64,000 nt of DNA from positions 9,713,878-9,777,877 of the forward strand of contig CM082581.2 in NCBI GenBank assembly GCA_040954595.2, read 5' to 3'. Source of the stretch: Balanoglossus misakiensis. Taxonomy: Eukaryota > Animalia > Hemichordata. The notes under the pieces were generated by a model. The model was not told the DNA's origin, did not search any database, and saw nothing but the letters and a program-made list of their open reading frames with translations. Positions 13,111 to 27,000 of this stretch are shown in pieces. Numbering within the stretch: position 1 is the stretch's first letter; every line of letters starts with the position of its first letter. Both the position numbers and the translations under genes were made by a program.

Positions 13111-16100
13111 CATTGAGAGGGTGGTTTCTTTAAATGACCCACAATCCCATTGTTGTGGAGATGGGAACACTATGCATTGTGATATGTTTTGTTATACGTA
13201 CAAATATATTTATGAATATGAAAAGTTTGCATTTCACCCAGAATTTACTCAAGTTTTATTTATTTTAAGGAGTATTCCATTTTTTGCTGGTATTGTGCGC
13301 ATTTTTTTTCTTTTATAATTAAAAATGGACTTATAAACACAATCCATGGATCTGCGGGCAATCCAAATTGCAAATATATTTGTTGCGGTACATTGATTTG
13401 CTTCGGCAAAAAGACGCCAATCCGGGGGTGCCAATACTGGCAACAGTTTATATCACGATAAGGAGACGAAAGAGAAGATCGTCCACAGTGGACTTGGCTC
13501 ATCCGGAATTTAAAGCGGTCATTCTAGAACGAGCTTTTATTAAAGGTGTCGTTAGCATTATTGTCTGCGAAGGAGGGTGTTTGTGCAATTGACATGGACG
13601 CTTTCATATCATAGTGATGCGAGTCAAAAAGCGCCACCTCGAACATGCCCGACGTTGCTTGATATTCCTGTTGTCGTCGTTCGAGGGCGCTATTATCCAC
13701 GTGACTAGATTCAATTCAGAGCGATTTATAATACAGTTACGTATAAGAAAAAGGTTGAGAGGCGACACATGAAGTATACTAGCAGTATATGTTTACAAAT
13801 ACAATCATATTTAGGTCGCGACATTTTGGAAACTTGACTTTACCACGTGGGGAGACCGTTGTCGATATTTGCACACTGGAACAGAGGGTATAATCCTTCA
13901 ATACATTTTGGAAAAGAGTGAGCTTATGCTGCCCCTCCCACTGAAACTCTACCCTCTTCCAAACCGAACTCTCAGAGTTTCTTGTCAAGCGGCACACACA
14001 TCCGTGTATGACACGACCACTGCATAGAGATACACAGAACCCATGGGATAGGACTTTCACCAATATGTTTTGGTCCAAAACCATTGTTTTCTATGGCAAA
14101 GTTGAAACTCTATCAGGGAAATGGGGTGAACAAGTAGTAGGCCTAAAGGGTCTTACGCTGAATGCATTGTTGACCACACCTTTCATTTTTTTCAGTTGTC
14201 ATAAACTTTTATTTCAATTATGGAAACCGCTTTTATTTATTGCATTTGATATTGAGTACAACGTCAGCTTTTCTGTATTACTGTTCAGTATGGGATTATT
14301 TTTTGTACCAGGTTATGTATTCGGGCAATATTAATAAACGGTGCGATGACAACCAATTCTGCCGTTTGCATGCAGTGTCTGTGTCTCAAGGGCAAGAGAG
14401 GAGCAATATAATTCTATTTCCACTTGTCGCCCATGTCCTTGAAGGGTGAATGGATACTCGAGCTCCATCTCGTTATTTCACTTCTACGGGGAAAAGAGAT
14501 TTATCAGTGACGTCACCGCAATTGGCGTTGCTATGGTTGCTCTATTCATGTTCGCACTCAGCGGACTCGCCATACAATAAGGTATATCAGAGAAAAGAGA
14601 GAAAAAAATACTGATGGCATTTGATTGTCACAACTTTCATCAATGACGTTGCATTTAGGAGCAATTTCATCTTGCAACTAGACAAAGCCATCATTTACGT
14701 CACGTCGTTGAAACACGGATGTGTGATCGCTTCTGGACGGTTGAGGGCGATATCACGACAAACTCAGCCCCAGCCGTCCGTCAAGTCATTCTATTTTCTA
14801 CCCCAGCAGAGGGGGTGGGGGACGGACATACTAGAGATATGGGAATAACTACCGTTGATATAGGAGAGTCTGACCACTGACAAGAACGCAATGTTACAGG
14901 GTGTTACGACAAAACAGATTGCAGTCGATATGAGAGAAAATCTGAGCGAGACAATACCAAGGACACAACACGACATTGATATACCGTTGAAGAGCAATTT
15001 TCCTACACTCATAGACCTTGACTCTGTGAAATAGACAGAAAACAGACAGGACGATTATCATTAAAGAAACAAATACTTCTTGACTTTAACCCATCTATCT
15101 CTACCTCTCTGAATATTACTGATAAACGCTGACAAAAGGGGGACATTAAAATTTAAACCCCTTTTATTTGGCTTCGCAGCTTTAACGGTATTCCGGCAAA
15201 GTACATTCCATGATTAAGGTGCCTTTGTCTCCTTGTCACCCGCCCGTGGCCTAGTAATCATGAGCAGTAAAAGGACGCGACGCGACGAAATGGGGAACTC
15301 TTGATTAAATCCCGCCAATATTTTGTCGGCAGGCATTCAAGTTTTGATCATGAACACCGATTAGGGGTTCGGGGAAAGCTGAATAATTCATAGCAGCTCC
15401 TTAAAGACCTCGCCTGGCGTGAAAACAGACGAAATCTTAGTCATTTAAAACCCGCAGTCACCATGGTAACATGCGAAAGTAGCGCCGGCAGCGCAAAAGT
15501 GAGTCAACCATTAAATGATCTGATGGGCTTTAAATTGAACCTGGGCGGAAATTGCAGCTATCACGGTCAATAGGGGCGGTAATTGCTGACATAGGAACCT
15601 TTCTGAGTCGAACGAGACGTGTTTCCTTCGATGTGCTCCGAGACACCTGTTTGTGTATTCAGTCGCGCATCACGCTTTCTTAGGAATCGCTGCTTCGAAA
15701 CGAGCAGCTTAATCGGCATTGTGCGAAATTACGTTCTTATCGACCTGTACTAGTTAACTCATGATAAAAAAAAAACAACGTCAGCTTAAGAAGTCAGCTG
15801 CAAACGACACCTAAATTCTAAACTTTGAATGTTGCGGTTTCTGACACAGCATGCGTCATCCCCGAGGTGTTGCACTTTCAATTAGACACACACAGCCTCG
15901 TATTATACTTCTTAAAGCAACTTTCAAATGAAATGATTCTGAATCTGAAATGTCGTGAAAATTTCCGGAAAGGGGTTCTTCTGTATATAGTCATCTTTTG
16001 TGAAGAGTGGTTCTATAAAGAGAACGCCGATTTCTTTAGATTAATTTCTTGGAAACTTACTCACACTGCGTATAGTAACTTCACAAACTTTAAACGTGAT

Positions 16101-19100
16101 TCAAGGATTATGATGGAACTTGAAACACACATGAACCAAGGAGGGGATTGTCCTCCGAAACAGCACATTTTATGTCAAAAGGTAACAGAGAGGGGCCAGT
16201 GTATGTTAAATGTAGTGATTTGGACATTTTCACAGAGCTTGGTGCAATAACGCATACTAAAGGAATGCTCGTGGTGCTGTTTTGCCTGTTGACCACTGAA
16301 CACTAGCTTAGAGATCGTAAACACTCCGTGTTAACATCAATCTTGCCAGTGGCAAAACACAACGTTTCTATCGTCCTTACTAGAAGGATGTAACAATTAG
16401 CCGGCTACTTGCACTGATAAACACACAACATCCTTCTCCTGCGGTCGTCCTAATTGTGTTATTTTGAGTAAAACCACCTTTATCCTCGCTATCAGCCCTT
16501 AAGTACAGGTGTAGGCCGTTCACAATAGATGTGACCTTCGGTGTCAGGCAGGTGGTTTGTCAATAAACACGATAAGCCACGAAAGATTCTCTGTAATTAC
16601 TTTTTAAAGCAGCAATACAGACGTTCGGGCATTAAGAATGGGACTTTTATTAGGATAGATCGATTCCAAGTGAACCATCTGATTCACTGTGTTCGTTCCC
16701 AATGGTCACATGAATACAAATTTTATCATCCAGCAATAGTTCTGTGACTAGCGTATGTGCGGGCCTCGTTAGAACTGATATTCAAAAATAGGTCGCAGAT
16801 TTGCCTCAGAATGGAACTTTAAACAGTGCTATATTTGCCTCAAATAAAATACAATTTTATTTAACAATTGCGGGAACTGGCGTCACACATTTTGCCAGTG
16901 TCGTACGTTCGGTGGAAATCGTCTCATCGGCGCCCCCAACGGTGACCAAAACATTATCAGCCCATTACTTTCTCGCCGCATGGGGAACTGTTAAACTTCA
17001 AGTTCCATGTCAGAATAATCAGGGTTTACGGGGGTTATTGACATTTATAGGTTGTTTGTTTTATCTAGCAGGTCGCTTCTGAGCATCAAGGTTGATTGGC
17101 AGCGTGACCTTCCGTGACCCAAGCGTACTGCTGAGGAGAAAACCTCCCCGTTAATATTACGATCATTGTTTATTGATTTGTGCAGGGCAAGTTTTACGGG
17201 GGGGGGGGGGGGAATTCACGCTCGGATTAACGCTGTGGTTATGCGATGAGGTAAAACCGCGAACCAGCCTCCGTGAGTAAATCAATCTCTTCCGTTTCCA
17301 TTGCGTTTGTGATCCGCATTCTCGCCACGATATTGATATGTCCAAATTTAGAACCGTCCAACCCATTTGGCTGACGTACACAAAGCTTACGGTTGGCGAG
17401 TTTTGACAGATGTCCATTTAGAATGTAGCGCCCACGTGCGAACTCTCTCAATTCAAAAACAAGTTATTGACACAAATTAATGAAGACTTTAATTTTATCT
17501 CATTCTATTTCATAATGGTATTCTTTTACCACTGTTGTGAAAATCAGAACAATCATGAATCTAGAACAGTTCGACGCCTAATATACGATATTCGATGTGG
17601 GACAAAAAAAACCCATCACGTTTGAAGATGTCCTAGAGTTTGAAGTAATTCAGCCTATAGGCGAAGTTCCGATGCGAAAAACACCGCAGCTAGCATTGTC
17701 AATGTGGCACACAGAATTTTCACCTTGCGATGCCCGAGTTCTGCAAATCCGGCTTTACCGAGGCAGATATATTAAAATTCCACACTACAAACAATTTAAT
17801 TGTGCCGGATTTCCATTTGAAAACCCATTCCCTCATTAAAAAGTCTAATGTTTCAATATGTCCTCGTCTGTCGAGTCGCGGTTGCATGCGATCGTTTAGA
17901 GCGTTTTAAATTTCATTTACTACGAGGTGACAAAGTCACATTGTTTTGGGAATATCTAATTAGCCTCTAATTGTCTCGAATTTGCCACGCTGGTGCCATG
18001 TCTAATTGTATTTGCTAAACCCCTTTCAAAACCAGTGGATTCCTGAAGCAAAGGAGTTCTTTGGAATTATCCTAGTCTTGTCCGCCTTTCACGCGATCGA
18101 CAGTGCAATTTCTATTCTATCGCGCAGCTGCGCCTTTTTTTTGGTGTTAGTCTACACTTCTTCAGTTTGTGGCAGCGTGTTGACTCATATACTTTTGTAC
18201 AAGAATTTTTTGACAAAACTATTGATCTATTTATTTGTATATCATTCAATATAATCATATCAGTGATGCCTATTATTGTTGTCTTTGGGGGTCTTATACC
18301 GGGGTGTGACATTGAGCCGCATTTCAAGTTGCCCCCCCCCCCCGGTTTGAGACAGTTCTGTTCGACTTGTAGGATACTCGAATTTTTTTAGTCTAGAGTA
18401 TCAGAGCCAATCCAATTACGGGCGAGGTTTTTGGGGGAAAAGTCAGCCACGGGGCGATGTTAACAGAAAAACGCTGAGCACAGGATACGCCTCCACGACG
18501 AGTTTGCGTCAATCTTGACGATCTGAAACATATGGAGACGCTCCCCGATATAAATAGATCAATATTATCTCAGGCGCGGCTGAAATACACGAGAAACGTG
18601 CCAGATTCTGTGCGTGTGTATAGAACGATCGTTAACCCCTAGGCTTGGCATATAGACAGATGGTTTAGCAATGGTTTTGAATTATCTGTGCTTTGGTACA
18701 AGTGTCACAGAGTGTGGAACATTTCCATTTCTAGTCGAAGACACACAAGTTGCAGATGTTTTCATAATGATCGACCACGAACATTCCAGGAAAAAAAAAG
18801 TGAATCACAGGGATGATAATCATTGAAACTTTAACATTTACATCGCCACAAGTTAAACGCGCGTAGTTGTACCTTGTGAATTTAGTATATCATAGAATTG
18901 TTCACTTGTTGTAGGATAAAACAGAAAAACAATATGTACAAATAACATGTGTTTCAGTGTATGACAACATGGCGTATCGTGTATTCGAAAGATTGCACAG
19001 ATACTGCGATGCAATGTCCCGTGGGACACCATCACCGGGAACGCCCCCTAACGGTATCTTAAGTTCGGGTTTGGCCTTGTTCTATAATTAAGAAACAATT

Positions 19101-20358
19101 TTCTGATGTAAACAACAATCTAACGCTTTCAAACCCACCGGAAACCACGCTTGCGATGAGCGCCTACCCCCGCATGGAATGCGATCGGGTGATGTCCTGT
19201 ATTTGGAAGATACCTCTAAGCTTAAGTCAGAGAAAAACCAATAAAGACATCTAAAATCAAAATGAGACATTACTTGCTGATGCAGTTACGTACAGGTGTT
19301 TACTGAGACTGACATACACTGTGCACTGGTGCCAATCAACGGGATGCTCAGTCCACTGTACAGTCATTTGCAACATTCAATGCACAAAATCACCGGTGTA
19401 TAATTCTGTAAATTCGTAATCCCTGACACAACATCACGAAGTTGATAAGCATTGTCTGGTCTCTTTTTGTCCTAATGTTGAACGGGAAGGGCATTTGGCA
19501 CGTAATATTTAGTTTCCATCGGAGTGGAAACTTGAAATTGCGTTGGATCTGGACGCGACCTGCCTGGTTTGCATACGATTCGAATTTAGAACTCGAGTAT
19601 TTGGAGATAGCGACGCATTCACTAATCATGCTAATCATGATGATCTTGTGTCAGTCAGGAAAAACAGGTTTTGATGCGTGCTGGGAACGAGGAAGTTTCG
19701 ATACAAATACACACCCAAGCGGAACTGAGAAAACCCGTCTTGTCGATAATGGGACGTGATTCAACAAATGTTCAGCGAAAAAAACATCCGATTTTTTTAT
19801 GCTAATGGAGGACATTCTTGACACCTACGGCAGCTGAGTTAAGATTGCGCGAAATCTCGCGTTTCCGGCAGGCAGCTCTGCGTGCACAAGCGTTCGGTTG
19901 ACTGAGATCCGGCGAAACTTCTCGCACACCTGATTGCACGCGTGCAAAATGCAGAATCGAGATGACAAATTAAGCGGAAAACTGTCCGCAGAATGCCAGG
20001 TTTGCTGTCGCTTGCTGTTGATTGACTTATGATCGAGAAAACAACCCCGACGCCGACTTCCTTTGACTATACTCAGACCATTGACAGATACAAAATTGTA
20101 ACACGTACATTCTTTCCCTTTCTTCCTATGTTTGTTCCATTCTTAGCGAATGTCACTGGGCCACGTCCCGCTCCGAATTCCTCGAATTCCGACCGCAATG
20201 GGATCTATTTATCTTTACCCTTGTTTAGGGATTCATTGATCTCCCGAATGCATGGCGCGAGTAACCCATGGCGTTGTGAATATTCACCGTCCAATTGACA
20301 TCACTTACCACTACCTGAGTTTTACGATCGAGAGCTTTCATGATGAGGTCAACGCCTC

Positions 20359-20452
20359 TGACGTCACAAAGGCATCTCCTTCGCTTGATGGGATTTGTCA
20401 ATGGGCGGAGATGACATGACAGGCGACAGACAGCCGGTGAGCTCTATATAAA
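20359..20452 (+). promoter_or_regulatory. Core promoter of FGF gene 2 (CRE, GC box, TATA)
   Basis: TGACGTCA at 20359-20366, GGGCGG at 20403-20408 and TATATAAA at 20445-20452, upstream of ATG 20578. Confidence 0.6.
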
Positions 20453-20577
20453 GGGAGGCGAGCCTGCCCCGGTCGGAAGCTGCGGAGCACTACATCCCAT
20501 TCGCGAACGAGAGATATCGCTCTAAGAAACCCCACGGCGGTGAACTTGTTCTCTACTCCTTCAACAGAGGTAAAAAG

Positions 20578-23500
20578 ATGACGAACTTCAACTGCGCGTT
20601 CGTTTTCCAGTGCATGAATGTGAAGCTGTGCGCCGTGGTCGTCTGCTTGCTCCACCTCTTTCTTGAGGGGAGCGCGATTCCCTTGGAGATGTCGAATTCC
20701 GCAGAAGTTGACGACAAAACGGCTGATATCAGTCCGCTGCCGTATAGCTTACCGAGGTACATCACCCTGCACAGTGAAACCGGGTTCAATTTGGTCATAT
20801 ATCGCGACGATGTTGAAGGTAACCGTTACGGTAGAAGGATGCGCAACATTAACGGTAAGATTCTATGCGTGTCAGTACGCCTCATGTCTATCTGTCTGTT
20901 GTCTGTCTTTCTGACTGTCTCTCTTCCTAAAATCTAACAGCATTTGTGCCTAAATATTTGAGTTCAAAATACCATTTCTTATGATTATCTTTTCACTCGA
21001 CGACGCGCGATGCTATAACTACCAAGAACCGCCAGTGCGAACTTCACCAAAATCATTGAGCTTTATTGATTCCGTTGGTCAGTATTTTCCGTTATTCGGT
21101 TTCCAAATTTTTTGTTCCACGTACAGAATGCTTTAGTTTCTAGTTCACATCCCCAAAATATATAGTCAGCATTCGGCTCACCAATACACTCCCCAATATG
21201 TGTACAGTCAGATTGTGTCTGTTGAAAACGAAAATTAATTCCGTACTTAAAAGAAGTCAGTTGACAACAACCGCGGCTTTTACACAGATACTTGCTATTC
21301 CGACACTGAAGACAATTTAGGCATTTTATCACGCCCTGTAGAAAGTTTAACAAAATGTAGTTGGTACACAGACAAAATGCTGAAAAAATTAGGGTGGGGG
21401 CTACTGTTCCTTAATTTAGTTCTGGCAGTATGGGAAAAATAACGTTGGTCGGCGTGAAAAGACACATCAGTCAATCTCCTCACTGTCTGTCACGCATTGC
21501 TGGATCATGTCAACCGTTGCATTGTTTAAGATCCATGAATGATATATTCGCATATCTCAGACGTCACTGATCCTTCCGTCGCGTTGCTTACTTTATATTC
21601 GAGGAGATTCAGAATAAATTTTGAACGGAATCAAAACTCCTACAGATGATTAGTGTTTTCAAGGGAGAGGTTTTTAAAACCCAGTATTTATTTTGCTATA
21701 TATCTGGTCATGGTCCAACTGTTTTAATATTTCCCTGGATACTATCATTAGACTGTGTTTTTTTGGGATGCGACAAAGGTCTCAAGAAGGTATATAAACA
21801 AATAGATAGATCAAAATATGATCAAGACGTCACAGTACTGTGTCATAGAATAATCAGAGGCATAATTTGAAAAAAAATATGCTTGCGGTTGATTTTTTGT
21901 TCTCAATTGCGGTTATGCATCGCACGTTTTTTTATTACAATTTTTCCTGGACTATCGTTCGTAAAAGGAAATATGACGAAAAACGCCAGTGAAGTGATCT
22001 TTAAAACTATTAACATTTTTGTGGGATTTATACTGTGGTGACAATTACCGCGTTGACGGAGATTTTCACCACATAATGCAGTCTATAATGCACGTATTAC
22101 AAGTAACCATGCAAGACGTGATTTGTTTTACAGATTGTCTGTTTCTCATTGGTTCTGCTTGTAGACACCCCAACATGTAATTTGTATTCCCCTGGAATCA
22201 TCACATCAAATTCTTGGCTGACTGTTTTTATTTTTTGTTTGTTTCGGTTCACAGAACTTATTGAGATACGCTCCGTGGGTATTGGATTAGCGACGCTAAT
22301 TGGAGCCGCATCGGATTCGTACCTGGCCATGAATAGCCGCGGCGACGTGTATTCAACGGTAAGTCCGCGGTATTTAATCAACTTTCCGTCCCTCGTACTT
22401 ATCTTCTGGGCTTTGGTGGTTCTATTAGCTTCTTCGCAATACTAATGTCGAACGGAAGAAGTTTCCGCGAATGCAATGGCACGACGTAGACAGTTTCCCG
22501 GTCCGATTTGCGCGTTGCGCGCGGAGAGCGGAGCGGAAATACTGTGCTCTGGCTCGCGAGAGTGCCTCAGTTTAAACAAAATCATTCACCGGACATAACT
22601 GTAAATAAGGTGGTTAAGGTGGTTTGCATGGAAAGCGACTGACACACGAACTGTTTGTTAGTAAATCAATCAATCAGTCAATCAATCAGTCAGTCAGACT
22701 TTGCGTTTCAAAGATTCGAGTGTTTTGAAAAACTGCCGCTACTGTGGAATTGCTTGGTCGAAAGGAATGCTATTCTTTGTGTTATACGTGTGTATTCTTC
22801 CGTAAATCTGAAGAGCCATCTTCTTAATTAGTTGTGAAGTTAGGAAACTACATACTTTGGCCAACAATAACAACACAATTAGAGAAACAATTTACTTTTA
22901 TGAGCTGTTTGGGTTACAGAATTCTTCGTAAAAGACAACATTAGCCAGGTATTCTCGGAATGTCAGGAATCCTTCAACCGTTTCACTTTTTGGGGGAGTT
23001 CCCACTTTCGCTGAAGTGAGACAATAAGGAGAAAGGCGGCACCAGGAAAGAAAATGACATAATTTATTCGGAAAAGCTAAAAAAAAAAAAAAAACGCGGG
23101 AGGAATGTAAGAAATTCTCCCGTGATGTCTCTAAGTCAAATACAAGCTCAGCACGAGGTGATGAACCGCGGCCGCCGTAAAAGAGTATACCGTGGAGGTT
23201 GTCGTAAACGTGTTAATATTCTCTTTAAGAAACAATAGAGGGGATGCCTTTGATTTGTCTGCTTGTTTAGACGCATTGTTCCTAAGAGACTATTGTTGTC
23301 AACACAAGATCATCTCCATCGGCATCCCGTGTTTTCGCGCCGTGGAATGTTCGCGAGTTCTTTCTGAGTTCACATACCACAACACAGTTGATCAATGGGC
23401 AAATATTTTCGCAGAGACGCGAAAATTTCTCAAAGACAGTCGATTGAAGGCGTCCACTCTCGGGGGATGTTTTTCCAGACAACTGGGAGGCATTGTCTTG

Positions 23501-24007
23501 TCGAACGATTGACATTTCTCGCGAGATTATTCGACATTCCTCAAGAAACACTTCAAGTTTAAAGACTTTCTCCTGGCCTAGAGTTGAAAAGTGGGTCCCG
23601 AGGGGTTGACCAGTATGGTGTCACGCCCAACTCGAGGGGTGATTGTCCAGAATTTTCCGATCATTGGACCCGATGGCCTGAAGAGTACGTACGGGGTTTT
23701 ACATCTTTGAGGAGCCAAAGAACTAAAAAACTGGGATCGATCCTAAGATTACTTTGTGTGATTTAGATTGTGGTTTTCACAATTTTTGTTTTCTCTGTTT
23801 CAGATGGAATATACCTCAGAATGTGCCTTTGAGGAAGGTCTGACCGACGACCTATACCGAACATACAGGTCTCACAAGTACAGGGATGAGGACTGGTACC
23901 TCGCTATCGACAGGTTGGGCAAAGTGCGCAAGGCATCCGGTGGCCGCAAGACTCACTTCCTTGCCCTGGAAGTCCAGTGGTCGACTCGCGACATAACAAG
24001 ACTGTAG
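20578..24007 (+). CDS. Fibroblast growth factor family ligand 2 (secreted); exons 20578-20854, 22255-22358, 23804-24007; 194 aa (alternative start ATG 20614)
   Basis: Signal peptide MNVKLCAVVVCLLHLFLEGSA. Motifs LHSETGFNLVI, LIEIRSVGIGLATLIGAASDSYLAMNSRGDVYST, ECAFEE, YRTYRS, WYLAIDRLG and THFL. The middle exon is 104 nt with the same intron phases as gene 1. Confidence 0.93.
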
Positions 24008-27000
24008 ATATCTCAATAGCTAGCTCTCACTTTCCCTAAATCCGTAAAAAAAGTCTAAAAAGCGCGTTGACGCCCGTGGACGTTGTACTTTGTCGATATT
24101 ACAAACGTGTCTTACAGGTTTTTGACCAAAGCGTATCCAAAAAGCACGAAATTCTAGACTTTCCGCGGAAATGCACGACAGTAACGCGTTAAACACAAGT
24201 AAACCGTCTGCATACCTTTTTTTCTATACGTGGAATGTCGCCAATGGCGGAGACTATGTGTACAGATCCTTTCAGACATTTAACCAGAGGGCAAAGCCTC
24301 CAGTAACCCCAACTTTGGGCTATTTTCTCGGTATTTTTGTTTTTGGTATCAACTGCGGTTTCCGTTCTACTCTGTAAAGCATAAAGAATTGCTCAGTATT
24401 TGGTTTTTCGTTGTTGTAAACTGGATTAAGTCCGGACATATAAATGTCCAGGCTTTGTTGAGAAGCAAAAAAGGAACAACAGAACATTTCATCAAGCTAT
24501 CTAGAGTAGAACAAGAAACCGGGGTTGATACACAGAAAAAAATATACACGGGGCTCTAACTTACACTGAATGTATAAATTATTGGACACAGCTGAGCCGT
24601 TGTTGTAAATTATTGCGTACTAAGCTAGCAAGAAAGTATGGTTATCGTTAGTTCATTGTTCAGTCTGTGAGCGGGTGTATAAATTAAATTAAATGAGCTG
24701 TAAACTATTAATACAAGTACCCCATGGTATTCACACGAATGCATTGGTAGAGTTATTACAGGGTCAAAGGTCAAAGTGTTGTTAGAAAAGCACCGATTAT
24801 CATGATTACATAAAAGTCTAGTCAGCATAGAACTCATTGGCAATATTAGTTTCACTGAGAACAAGCTATATTTATTTTTCTGTGGCACAGACAACTATTT
24901 CGAGAGATAAAGTAATTTTGATGGGGTAAAAACCCCTATGTATATAAAGCAATATAATTTATTGTTGAAGACAAAATGTAGATTTCAATAGTTTGGTATT
25001 GTACCATAAATTTTATTGTGTTTACGAGGCTGACGCAATCTTTCGTTTCAGAGATCAAGATGTATAAGTTAAGACAGTCGAAAAGACGTTTTGTATTATT
25101 TTGAGAAGGAACCTCCGTTACACGAATGGGTAATTTTAAGATAATGACGCAATGTATGGTTTCATTTTCAAAATAAAATGCTGTTGAGCACCGTGACATT
25201 TCTGTGGTATATGTATTATTTTTTAGTTACGATTTATAAAACCGCTCAGCGGTCGTTTCTTTTTGTATTGGGCCATTGAATTCATTTGAACACAACAGGG
25301 TCATTAGTTGTTAATGGCCAGAAATCTCCTGCGTTGGCAGATGAGAATTAGCGTGGGCGGGCGAGTCGCGGCTATCTCTGGCTCCGAACTCGCTTTAAGA
25401 ATTTTATTTGCAGGGCGAAGGTTTGCGTAAATTAGTTCATGCGTGCAGTGGCTTCATTTTTTACGACGGTCATCACGTTTCCGCCATCTGCCGCCTTCAT
25501 TTCCCTTCCCTTTTAATTTTCAGTGTCTTCAAGATCCAAAATGATCGAATGGCTTAGACTCGAGGACATGTCCGCACACTGTCGGAAGCTGAGGGTCGTA
25601 AAGTTCAAACTCATATACATGATGTACATGTACATCGATTTGTTGACAAATAGAACAACCCTAAAAACCTAACTATCAGATAATAAAACAAACTCAAGTG
25701 TCAGAGCGTAATACTTGTATTCATGGCCAGGCTTTGAGAAACGCTGACCGACTCTTCAAATTTCTGCGCACGTGAATTTTTTCGATTTCCTTCCTTCATC
25801 TTTTCCTGAGAGCAACTTGCCATCATGTCGTGCAAGAAATGATGCTTTCAGACTAAAGAGTACCACATCGGTATTTTCTAAAATAAAAATGTTCACTCGA
25901 ATTTTAACGCAAGGAACTATGGTAAGTAAACAACACTCAAAGTTGACGGCACTGATGTATGGAACCAACTATGCTGCAAGGATACAGTTAAACACTCGGC
26001 AGAGACGAACAGGTAGGGCAGAGATGGTGGACGCAACACAAGACAAGGACAGAGTTGCAGAAAGAAGGCAATATGCCTAGATGGATGGAAGACAGAAGGA
26101 CAGACATTCGCAAAAGCCAAATCATCCTCATGTCCAGTGAAATCCCACGACCAGTTTTGCCTTCCCTCCAATAAATTCTTGGCAGCGGTCTGGAACACCG
26201 AGTGAACTTTCACCTACTCCAGTCCAAGAGTGGAATGTGGTCAATGTGTCAACCCTCCACGGATGATTGCGTTCGGGGTAAACTTGACAAACAACTCGGG
26301 GGTGATATGCATTTTGATCCAGACAAATTACAACGGTAAATAAAGGGAACGTCTTTCGGAATTGGTTTGATTTGTTTAAACGGGTATGTCAGTGACCTAG
26401 GGTAAGAGCTGCATTGTCCTGTGTGTATTTTCAAATGCCGGGCACACTGAAGGACGACAAATTAATCCAACCCTGCGACGAACAAAGGTGGCATAGACAA
26501 AGCTCATACGTGATTCCGAAGAATTTGGTCGCTGGCATGTGTTAAGTTTGAGACTTCCCGGAAATTGCAGAGAATTCGCAGAATATGCATTCTGGCAAGC
26601 ACGTTCTCGATACTTCCACGAATATTTGTAACGCATCCAGCAAGTTGCCGTAAAAGAGGCTCGTACTTCACGGCGATTAGTATCCTACTAGGCCTTAACA
26701 CGGTTACTACCGTGGCCTAAACGAGTTTTTACGCGCATCGTAAAGATATTGTTGTGTCAAAATCGACAAAAGTTGGCAGAAAAACACCAAAAGTGTCAAC
26801 ATCATGCCAACATGTGCGGAGACTGCCGAACAATACAATCTTAGCAGCTTTCAATTACTATGGGGGGGGGGGGAGTAACTGTGGTGGGTCGGCACCCCCT
26901 CCGCAGTGATTTGCGAAATATTACCCTCGCTTATAAAAAGTGACCTTCCTCAAGGGCCAATGGCAAATCCATGGCAACGGGTTTTTACAATCACAGTGTT

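Noticed and set aside
13249-20298. ORFs between the FGF genes as a possible third FGF or pseudogene
   Set aside because: No FGF motifs or 104-nt exon were found by eye. A tBLASTn search would be needed to exclude a decayed copy.
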